Of a DNA stretch of 64,000 nucleotides, positions 25,879 to 36,749 are shown piece after piece; the first letter of the stretch is position 1; the number at the start of each line of letters is the position of its first letter. This DNA comes from Selaginella moellendorffii. Its lineage: Eukaryota; Plantae; Lycopodiophyta. Below the pieces are notes generated by a model, which was not told the DNA's origin, ran no database searches, and saw only the letters and a list, made by a program, of their open reading frames with translations. The translations under genes and the position numbers were made by a program. The stretch is taken from the NCBI RefSeq assembly GCF_000143415.4, contig NW_003314264.1, positions 1,051,650 to 1,115,649 of the forward strand, written 5' to 3'.

Positions 25879-26017
25879 CGATTTAGAAAAAAAGGAGGCG
25901 CTGTTTCAAGATAAGTTTTTACTTTTTTTCTCACTACAATCCATGTGATTAACTTTGAATACTATTTTGTGTGGTCTCTTCCAGCTTTTTCCAGAATATG
26001 GACTCACTGGCTGGAAG

Positions 26018-26676
26018 NNNNNNNNNNNNNNNNNNNNNNNNNNNNNNNNNNNNNNNNNNNNNNNNNNNNNNNNNNNNNNNNNNNNNNNNNNNNNNNNNNN
26101 NNNNNNNNNNNNNNNNNNNNNNNNNNNNNNNNNNNNNNNNNNNNNNNNNNNNNNNNNNNNNNNNNNNNNNNNNNNNNNNNNNNNNNNNNNNNNNNNNNNN
26201 NNNNNNNNNNNNNNNNNNNNNNNNNNNNNNNNNNNNNNNNNNNNNNNNNNNNNNNNNNNNNNNNNNNNNNNNNNNNNNNNNNNNNNNNNNNNNNNNNNNN
26301 NNNNNNNNNNNNNNNNNNNNNNNNNNNNNNNNNNNNNNNNNNNNNNNNNNNNNNNNNNNNNNNNNNNNNNNNNNNNNNNNNNNNNNNNNNNNNNNNNNNN
26401 NNNNNNNNNNNNNNNNNNNNNNNNNNNNNNNNNNNNNNNNNNNNNNNNNNNNNNNNNNNNNNNNNNNNNNNNNNNNNNNNNNNNNNNNNNNNNNNNNNNN
26501 NNNNNNNNNNNNNNNNNNNNNNNNNNNNNNNNNNNNNNNNNNNNNNNNNNNNNNNNNNNNNNNNNNNNNNNNNNNNNNNNNNNNNNNNNNNNNNNNNNNN
26601 NNNNNNNNNNNNNNNNNNNNNNNNNNNNNNNNNNNNNNNNNNNNNNNNNNNNNNNNNNNNNNNNNNNNNNNNNNNN
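26018..26676. other. assembly gap (N run)
   Basis: Ns; smaller gaps at 45116-45313, 45487-45585 and 49438-49550. Confidence 1.
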
Positions 26677-27780
26677 GTGCGGCGGCGTCTCCCATGCTGC
26701 CGCAGCACGTGTACATGCTAACCAGCGCGTTGCCCAGGGTGCCGTTGGGCGTGAATCCCGCGAGAATCTCCGGATTCGCAGCACATAGCTTGGCGTGGAT
26801 GTGCCACCCCTCGGCGTGTTTGCCCAGGCTGGCATGGGCGCACAGGAGAATGACGGCCATGATGCAATCGGGCTTTAGAATGGAGTCCGAGATGGTGGAG
26901 GCCGAGGTGTTAGCTCTTCACACTCTTGGCGAAGGATGTCTTGGAGCTGTGCTCCGCAAGTGCTTCCTCTGCACTGCCACCCTTCGTGTACATCAAAACC
27001 AGCGCATTCGGGATCGTGATGTCGCTGTGGAGGCCCAGGTCAATCACGGCAGCGTGGAAATTCCTGCCCCAATCGAGAAATTCCCTGCTGGAGCAGGCAG
27101 TGATCGCTGCGACGAAGGTCACCGGATTGGGCTGGACGCGAGCTTGGATCATCCCCTCGAGCGTCTCGAGCGCCTGGCGGCAATCCCCCATCTGAGAAAT
27201 GCGGTGATCATCGCAGTTCACGACACTACATCTTTGTGCAGTATCTGATCGAACACCGCCCTGACCTGCTCGATCGCTCCACACTTGGCATACATGTTGA
27301 GGAGCGCTGTGCCGACAAACACACTCTTGCGGAGATCCGGGGAGAGAATTCTCGCGTGGATGGCCATGCCCAGCACAAGATCCTTGGCGCCAGAGCATGC
27401 AGCCAGTGTGCTCACAATCACCATTTCGTTGGTTCCACATCCATGCGCTGGAAGAGATTGATCGCCTCGTGGCAATGCTCTGACTGCACGTAGGCCGCGA
27501 TGATGCAGCTCCAAGACACCACATCTTTCTTGGGCATCTGATCGAAGACTGCACGCACGGACGTGAGGCTGCTGGTGCCACCACACTTCCTGTACATCTG
27601 AATGAGGAGATTACCGAGGTGGACGCTCTGGAGGAAGTGGCCTGTGGCGAGGATGTGATCGTGGACCCGGCGGCCATTGGCGAGCGAGTGGGAGATGCTA
27701 TAGCGGCAGAGGAGGGATGTGTAGAGGGCTGCTGATGGCGAAAGCAGCTGTGAGAGCACATCTTGGATGGATGGGAGCAC
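26677..27780 (-). pseudogene. PLS-class PPR gene, frameshifted, running into the gap
   Basis: LGNLLIQMYRKCG, DVVSWSCIIAAY, GTALLNMYAKCGA, PNPVTFVAAITAC, GNALVSMYTCCG spread across different frames. Confidence 0.88.
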
Positions 27781-29093
27781 ATTCTTTGCTCATAAGCCCT
27801 ATAATAGAAATAATAATTTAATTTTATTAGAAAATATTATTTAAAGTAATGTTTATTATTATGAGTGTTCAGGATATTAGAATAGATATATTAATTAGGG
27901 TTTAAACCCCTCCTTATATACAGGAAGTATGGTAACAAATTCTCAAAGCAACACAAGAATATGAAATATTTTGGAGTTTGAAGTAGGAGTGGGGATATTT
28001 TCCAATAGGTTAAAAGGAGTAAAACATTCAGCCACTAGTCCGGCTTGGAAATGCATTCAGTGTTGAGGATGGCACAAATGGGGCATGCAAGTCTGGTGAC
28101 AGGAGCTAAAGTTGGCATGCCAGTTTGGGAGGTGGTGGGCCACGAATGTTGGGATATCTACAGAGTGACAAGAGTGTAAGCACTTTGGGAAGTATATAAT
28201 CATTATCATTTTGACAAAAAATAAGTGAGGATATATGTAATGGTGGCTTATGGTGAAGACTTACTCTTGCAGCAAAGTGCCTTCATTATACCATCTTGAA
28301 AGAATAGGCAAAACCCAATTGACTAAAGGGGTGGAAGAGCAAATGGCTCCTATGTTTTGGGAGAGTGGACAATAATAAGATTTGCTGGCAATGGCACCTC
28401 CTTGACTTTGTTTTACATTCAGCTTGGGATGGAGATTTGGTCAATATAATCTTAAAGAAATGACCATGCCTACTTCTATAGGACTAAGATTGGTTGAGAT
28501 GCAAAACAATCACATAAAGTAGCTTGTTAAGAAGGTGGTATATCCAGTTTTTGTATTAGTCCCATTTGGATATAGGGAATATACATACATGTTTATTAAT
28601 TTGGACCACTCACACTTGTATATAAACTAAAGTTTTTGAGCTATAGAATATACACATTTCTATATGTCATGCAGTCATAGTAAAAGTATATATATATAGT
28701 GAGGTCCAAGTGTATGGCTACAATACCATATACTAATATTGGCTTATTGGGATTTTAGTAGCCGTTAGATTAGTTTCAATCTAGACCATTTGCTCCTGTA
28801 TATAAGCTAGAGTTTTAGATTAATTAATATACACATTTTATGTATTCCTTTCTATATTCTATGTACTTACATTGGTGAAAGTTAGTCATTATCCCTGAGG
28901 AGTGCTTAGATTTGGGATTTTGGTTTAAACTTAACTTTTGCATTGTTTAGATCTAACTTTTTCCATTTCCTTTCTTTTGTTCTTTCCTTTTAGGATTTTG
29001 GTTTAGATTTAGCTTTTCCATTGTCTAGATCTCCCTTTCTTTTTATTTTTTTTCATTTATCTTCTTTTGCTCTTTCCTTTTCATTCATCTTCA

Positions 29094-32000
29094 TGGCAGA
29101 GTAGCAACCTCTTCCTCCTTTGACTCTAAAGTAGCAATTGGTGCAATTGTTTGATGCTATGCGATTGCAATTGAACAACAAAATTCAATTGATGGCGGCA
29201 TTTATGGCACATGGTATAGCTCCTCCTGCTCTTGATGCCAATCCTCATGTTCGGTTGGAGTTCTTTCAGGGGAATCATGGGGATGATGTGTACCAACTTC
29301 ATGGTAATTGCCACATATCATTTTTGGGATGATGTTTGACGTTTGCGTGAGTTTTCCATGTCTTTCCAAGGGACGGTGCTGCAGTGGGACAATGGTTTGA
29401 GCACAACCACTCGTGGGGATTGGAGTGTTCTTCCGGATGTCTTTAAATGTGTATTTAGATATGCCGATGATTGTGATGATGCCTTCTAACAATTTCATCG
29501 TCTTCGTCAAAGGCCATCTGAGTCGATGATGCAATTTGGCATCCGTTTCCGAAGCCTCTTACTTTGTGTGGAGCTAAATATATCGGAGGGGATCAAGCTA
29601 GGAATGTTGTGGCTAGCACTTCGTCAAGATCTTGTTGGACTTGTGTATGCACTTGCTCTAGCCACCCTTGACGATGCTTTTTACTTGGCACAATGTTATG
29701 AGATGTCGCCTCTTCCACTTCTCCCTACACATCCTTCTGCTCCACTTATTGTGGGCGATAGTCCTATTCTAATGGAAGTTGATGCTGCTGCTGTTCAAGT
29801 CCAAGGACAAGAGCGAGGATGTGGTCATGGCCGTGATGTTCCCTGTTGGGTATGTGATGAAGTTGGTCACACTTATCAGCATTGTCGGTGTTTTCTAGCA
29901 ACCATATCACCACACATAACTCATCACTCATCTATATAAAGTTATTTGTATTAGTATCAACTTCAATATCCTTTCCTTTATAGTTTTCATTGCTAGAATT
30001 TGTTTTAAGAATGTGAGTATGTTACTTTTATTATTTTATATCTGGCAATCTTGAGCTTGGGTTGTAGTCATTGCGGGTGGTGTCTATCCTTGGTATGGAT
30101 TGGTTGCAATGCAATCATGCTAGGTGTGACTTTGAGGCTTCTCCCCCTTGTCTCATACTTCCTTATATTTCATCCATTCCTCTCACTTCCATACCTCTTC
30201 GTCTCTCTGTTTCTACCTCTACCTCAATACTTTTATATCCCCACTATTTCCTCCTATGTTTTTATTTTGTTCTGCTCTTCCCTTTTCCCATCCCTTCCAA
30301 GTCTTTGTATTGCAGAAGTTGACTGTCTCATGAAGGAGTATGCCAATCTCTTTGAATTTAACATATCGTCTGGAGCCAAGATAGCCACATGTCATCCGAT
30401 TCCAACCGAGGATGCTCGTCCAATCAAGGTTTCTGTTCATCATCGGTCACCCAAAGAGATCAAGATTTTATGTACAAACATCAAGGAGATGTTGGAAAAG
30501 GGTGTTTTGAAAGTCGCGGAGTCCTTGGGCATGTGAACCTTATCTTGTGATGAAGCCTGATGGGAGTATTCATTTTTGCATCGACTATCGTCTGTTAAAC
30601 AAACTGATGATCCTGGATGTGTACCCTCTTTCTCACATTGTTGATTTCTTGGATCGTCTAAGGAGAAGTCATTGGTTCACCAAGCTAGATCTTGCTTATG
30701 GGTACTGGCAAGTACCGATGGCCGAATGTAAGCAACCAAAGGGAACGACTTGAGAGACGATCCATGGGGTTCAAATATAGAGGGAAAGGGCCCATGAATA
30801 AGAGTGCACCCCCTTTTCCAATTGGTTAAGGGTCTTAGGATATTTGGGGTTAAGCGTCCTTGGGTTTGAATAGTACTGGGCTGGGTGACCTCCTGGGAAG
30901 TCCAAATTCAGGAGCTTACATTTGGTATCGGAGCCATCTCGGGTTTGACTCTGTTGGTTGGCTAAGGGATTCACATCACATCGGGTTTGACTCTGTTGGT
31001 TGGCTAAGGGATTCACATCACATGTTGATTGACATCTGGCTGGTCCAGTTTGCTCCCGCTGGGCTCGACCCGAGGGGTAGGGTGTCAAGAGAGCGGGGCT
31101 CTCGGGAGAGCTGCGGCTCTCAGCTTCCGTTCACGAGGGCGTGAACTTGCAGGGAAGCGTGGTGGATTGTAAGCAACCAAAGGGAATGACTTAAGAGACC
31201 ATCCATGGGGTTCAAATATAGAGGGAAAGGGCCCATGAATAAGAGTGCACTCCCTTTTCCAATTGGTTAAGGGTCTTGGGATATTTAGGGTTAAGCGTCC
31301 TTGGGTTTGAATAGTACTGGGCTGGGTGACCTCCTGGGAAGTCCAAATTCAAGAGCTTACACCGAAGTAGATATTTCTAAGACTGTTTTTTATACATTGT
31401 TTGGTTTGTATGAGTTCTTCGTGATGTCATTTGGTTTGAATAATGCTCTAGTGACTTTCTAGCTAGTTGTTAGGATCAACTTGCAAACCCTTATGAGAAA
31501 TATGGTACCTAAAATAAATCATGTCCTTGGACCCAAATACGCACCTTGACCACTTCAACTTTAAACCAACGTGTGTGAATGATGTGTAGTGTTTCTTGGA
31601 CAAGGTGCAATATCTCGGTTTGTGGATCATCTTTTTGATCGCACTGCACCATTGCGAGCATTACTAAAGTCATCAATATCATCTTTCATCTAGTTTCCAG
31701 ATTGTGATTGGGCGTTCATAGATCTCAAAGAGCTATTGACGACTCCTTTAGTGTTGGCATATCCTAACTACACTCGACCTTTCATTTTGCGCATAGATGC
31801 TTTTGATATTGGTTTTAGAGGTGTGTTGATGCAAGAGAGCCCGAGTGTGCCTGGTCAATGCCATCTTATTGCGTTTATAAGTTGAATATTACAACTAGTG
31901 GAGGTGAACTACTCCACGACAGACGAGTGTTTAGTAGTAGTTTATGGTTTCAAGAAACTTCATGCATATTTACATAATTCTTGGATGTTATTAAAAGGTC

Positions 32001-32193
32001 ATCATGCTGCTGTTACTTCATTATTAAAGAGAAAGAACCTAGTTGGTTGTACTGCTAGGTGGGCTTTGAAGCTTCAAATATATGATTTTGATGTTGTTCA
32101 TTGCCCGGGGAGTTCTATGGCTGATGTTGATGCCCTTTCTCGAGCTTCTCTTCCTTTTTTGCTCTCTTCTTATGTTTCTGATGAGCCTATTAT
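29094..32193 (+). mobile_element. degenerate Gypsy retrotransposon D (gag-PR-RT-RH remnants)
   Basis: CWVCDEVGH zinc knuckle, ILGMDWL, FCIDYRLLN, KLDLAYGYWQV, YSTTDECL, ARWALKLQ, ADVDALSR; many stops. Confidence 0.85.
30727..31361 (+). mobile_element. Cassandra-like TRIM with 5S rRNA-derived LTRs
   Basis: 194-bp LTRs 30727-30920 and 31168-31361; PBS tggtatcggagc (tRNA-iMet-like); PPT; TSD CCGAA; LTR holds gttaagcgtccttggg...tagtactgggctgggtgacctcctgggaagtcc (5S A/IE/C boxes). Confidence 0.93.
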
Positions 32194-32637
32194 TGTAGCA
32201 CACGTGGTTTTTACCTTTTATCCTATGGTGCTTTACCATAGGATAACACCACAAAGTGGAACCTAAACCCTCTATGTGCCACGTGTTAGATGCCACATGT
32301 CACATGCCACATGTCCATAAGATAGTAGTGTGGAATCCGAGTTTCAGGGCCTTGGGCCACTGAACAAAGGAACAGTGCCAAACTCCCAAGCATGGAGGCA
32401 AGGAGTGTCGGAGCCGAACCATGGAGCAACTCTCGAGCATACAGCCTAAGAAACAAAGGGACAAGAGCCTAAAGTAACTTGGAACAGTCTTAGAGCAATC
32501 AACATCCCAATGCCAGGACTAGCACACAAAACAGAGCCAAACAGAGTCTGGCGCTATTTCGGCATACTAGTGGTCTAATGCAAGGATATGGGTACTCCAC
32601 CAGCTAGCATGGAATGGAACTTGGGCTTAGACCCAAT

Positions 32638-32833
32638 TGTAAGCAACCAAAGAGAACGACTTGAGAGACGATCTGTTGGGGTTCAAAATATAGAGGGAAA
32701 GGGCCCATGAACAAGAGTGCACCCCCTTTTCCAATTGGTTAAGGGTCTTGGGATATTTGGGGTTAAGCGTCCTTGGGTTAGAATAGTACTGGGCTGGGTG
32801 ACCTCCAGAGAAGTCCAAACTCAGGAGCTTATA
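32638..32833 (+). mobile_element. solo Cassandra LTR
   Basis: Matches 30727-30920; inserted in the family-B LTR with a degenerate TSD (ccaat/ctaag from ccaag). Confidence 0.88.
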
Positions 32834-33213
32834 CTAAGCCGGATGCAGAACAAGGACAAGCATGCAAGCGGGAGCTAGACTATGCCTCAGATTGGTCGGC
32901 CATACTCGACCTACCCACTATCCCTACTATACATTTGGAACCCCCCACCTCCCCCCCCTTGAGGGGGTAGTTTTTGAGCTGAGCTCAAGTCAATGAAAGT
33001 CAACAAAAGTCAAAGGAAGTCAATACAATCCCCTAACTACTGAAAGTTTAATGGCACTACCTTAGTTCGTCCCGAACCAAGAATTTTTAACATAAAATCT
33101 AGGTGTTTAAGGTATTCCATAAGCTCATGTAGATTATTGGTTCGACACAAACTAATCTTTTAGTCTACAAAGAAAGAAAATAAACAATATAATTTATATT
33201 AAAATCAGAATAT

Positions 33214-36200
33214 ATTCAATCTTCTTCTGCTTCCTTATCCAGAAAAGTAGAAATGGATATAGAGGAATGCTCCTTCACTATAGGTTTATGTTGTATGTAA
33301 TGTTGTGCCATATGTTCAGCATAAATAAGTAAGTGGAATTGACTTCGGTCCATATGATCATCCATATCATCAAGATCAAGCGTGTGGACTGAAGCACTGT
33401 GTGTGATAAGTGTAGACCTAATGACATAGAAACATTTGAGAATAAATATTATAGATTATTTCAAGCACTAACATCACCTGTCGCAAAATCTCCTAAGAAT
33501 GTCCTCAAAGGCACCCTCCTTCTCAAGTGCAAAAATAGCTCGGTCTGTCTCTTTCACTGCCTGCACCATTGATCCAAATCCTGCTGTAGCATCAAGCACA
33601 ATCCCCTTTGGCGGACAGAATAACTCCAACAAGATCTACATGGACATGACCGAACGATGTCGATAACCAGGGAATGCTGGGTGAAGAACATCTGAGTCAA
33701 TTACATTTGGGATGATGTCTATAGAGCTGTCATATCCTAGTAAAGCAAGAGTAGCACGCTCATCAGCTCGTGTAGCATTACGCCGGTTCCCAATATGGCA
33801 TAGAGCATAGTAGTTCCAGGAATAAATCTGGAAAAAAAAATAGAATAGAGTTAATTTATAAATAAAGAAGTCACACACCTTTGAGTTTTTATCTGGCTTC
33901 CTTCTTTTGAGTATGGCAGTGGACACAAAAGGCACTAATGGGCAGAAGTGAACAAATCCATCATCATTATCAGCCAAGTGTGCGAGAGAGATCCATCATT
34001 AGAGAGCGGGGAAGGATCATGACAACCACACCCTCGTATGTCATGAAGCTGCTTGCAACCTTTAAGGCTTGGGAAATGTGTTGGGCCTGCAACACATTCC
34101 ATGATGGAGTATCCCCCTGTGGTGGTGGCATCCCATCAGGAAGATCAAAAAAGATGAAATCGATCTTCCCATAAGGTGTGAGCTGACCCAGACCATGGAT
34201 CCACCAATCAAGCATGTAGAGCTCCCGACTAATAGCATCTAAAAGCTGTGTGTAATTCCCAATGAGAACAGCAACTTCCCCAACACTGGCTGTTGGGGAT
34301 AGAGGGCAAACCTGAAAATCAATTATTAGAATTAAAAGTTGGAGATAAAATTGATGCTTACTAACCTATTTATGCATAGCTGCTAAGGAGAGCTCTTCTA
34401 GGCCGTCGTCTATAGCTGTAGGGAGGGATGGGAAGAATGCCTTAGTCCGCCGAGAAGATTGATGGCTACTCTCTGCAACATCTATAAAAAAAAAGTGAAG
34501 TCAAGAATGAATAAAAGAATGTTCCAAATCAAAGTCCTTACTCTCATGAAAAACTTCATGACAGCCCCTTTGGGGGTTGCAAGGAGCAAGTATTGGAATC
34601 TTTTGTGGTGGAATTTCCTATACAGTTTCCTCTGGTTCAACGGTATTTGGATTTGGCTTCTCCTGAATGGTTTCCTAAGTGTGGACTCCTGGGTTTAGTT
34701 GTTGAACTTCAACAATGTCGTTATCATAATCAGAAAGAGCCTCTGGAAAATAAGAATATAACTCAAGGTTAATATTTCCTAGCCAAGTGCTGAGTTTCAA
34801 GTGAACCTGGATGACATTCAAGGTAGAGATCTAGCTTGAAGTCTAATGTTAGCATCTTCTCCACGAGTTCAAGGTACCACAGGCATAGCTCCCTCTCATA
34901 TGTACAAGGACAGTAGAACTCTGGCTCATACATCCCAAGCTTTTTGCCTCTAGTCAGGAGCTTCTGCAAAACACCGGTTGTGTATATCGGTGCACTGGGC
35001 CAATATTTTAAATGTCTACAAAGTAAAACAAAAATATAAATACCAATATATAAATGAGAATTGAGAAAATACCTATAAACCATGCGCCTCACAAGAAATG
35101 GTTGTCTTGGTTGGTTCTTGAACTCAGCCGAACTCGTCCCACCACGTGGAAGCCAACCATTCCTTAGCTCTGCAAGACAAGCACGAATATATTCTTCAAG
35201 AGTGATACCTGTGTGGGTGCTAGAAAGAAACTTCTCGTCCCAAACTTGTAGCATCTCCTCACCAGCGGCAATACTCTGAGAAATGTATGCCTTCTCCTTC
35301 ATCACGTTCTCCATCCTTATCTCGCAATGTTTTTTGTTGTTTCGCAACCAAGTGTTAAGAAGGTCCAAGCAGACACTTTGTTCAAGGACATTATACTCTT
35401 GGAGATGTTGTAAATGAGTTCCTCCGGTGCTTTACCAATTCCTACACACACAAAGAGTTATGAAGTGTTTCACAAATTTTAGAAGAACTTACGAATGCGA
35501 GAACAAATCTCTACAATGCTATCAAGCCATTCCTACCCGTGTCATATGTCTGCAATCGAGAGCAACTTTTTCACCTTTGTTCTCTTCGTATTCAAAATTC
35601 GCTACTCAATCACATGCCACTCCATCTCCTTCTGCTGCTCGTCCCCTTGGGCATTTTTAAAGAATGACATTCTTTCTCCTTTGATTATGGGCTGCAAGAA
35701 ACATTATGTAAGTTGATACATACTTCAATACTAATTTACCTTTGCCCAGATAACAACTAGAAAATCAAGTGGCAGCTAGTACCAAGTCTGCAATTCTTGG
35801 CCTTTTCTAGCTGCTAGCTTCACTTGAATTACTTCAAATACCTCACGATTGTACAATGTTTGGACCTCCTCTAGCGAGAGCATGCCCATAAACCGAAGGT
35901 GCTCAATGTCATGTACCAATGTATGAGCTTGAAACGCAAATTGGTTTAGCTTGCAAAAACACGATATTGGCTAAGTTTACAAAAAATAAATTCTTACATG
36001 TTAATCTTATGGCATGCCATGTTAAGCTTCACAGTGTGCTCCCGAGTCATTGGTTCGACAAGTGTGACTAGAACACTAATATGTCATTCTTCATCATCTT
36101 GGAACTTCTCTTGAATGCACTTCCAAAATGCTAGCCACCTATGGTTTCCATCGATCACCCAAAAGAGCTTTTCAATGAACCCTGCTATCTCCACATGTTG

Positions 36201-36544
36201 TCCTAAGAATCCATCAAACTCACGAGACTTTTGCAGCCATATAGGATCTCATTTTTCCTCAAGTTTAGTAGTCATTAACTCTGTTCGGCTGGTTCCAGGG
36301 AAAGTTGGTGAAACGATGAAGGTACCAACTATGCTCCCAAACCCAACCTCAGCAAATGAGCTGTAGATAGCGCTAGAAAAAACCGCGAATGAACCAACCT
36401 TTCTAAGCTTGACTCTCTCTCACTTGTCACAAAAGAATGAAACTCTCTTGAAAGGAAAAGAGCATGGAGATGAGAAGGAGAACAAACAATCAATGCTACA
36501 ACTTTTCTGATTGACTGGCGCTTCTCACTCATAACCACATTCAT
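33214..36544 (-). pseudogene. multi-exon ParB/Srx-like + beta-class N4C/N6A DNA methyltransferase-like gene
   Basis: LFWVIDGNHRWLAF (~36125-36170); VLIGNYTQLL...KIDFIFFDLPDG...WN...ALKVASSFMTYEGVVVMI (~34010-34270); LLELFCPPKGIVLDATAGFGSMVQAVKETDRAIFALEKE (~33520-33635); short introns, a frameshift and stops. Confidence 0.8.
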
Positions 36545-36749
36545 TTCAACAATATTATTCCTCTCACAATCAATTATACAATTAATATGGGTGGCTCTTT
36601 AAGATTCTCATATCTCTCTAGATTCTAAACGGTTATATAATTTGTTAAAATAATTAACATGTCCTTTACAAGGACATAACTAATAATGCTCACAATACAG
36701 AAGAATATCTTTGTTCTTTCTTGTCAGTTTCTCCCCAAATTTTTTCTAA

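Noticed and set aside
25906-27248. long ORFs spanning N runs (also ~44954-45816 and 49268-49691)
   Set aside because: Artefacts of assembly gaps
30850-30905. functional 5S rRNA gene
   Set aside because: Only ~55 nt of the internal part, embedded in TRIM LTRs
36361-36398. 38-nt intron in the ParB region
   Set aside because: Shorter than other introns here; a frameshift in the poly-T run gives a better ParB-like reading
33214-36544. bacterial contamination as the source of the ParB-MTase gene
   Set aside because: The gene has short spliceosomal-type introns and is nested within plant LTR and MULE sequence
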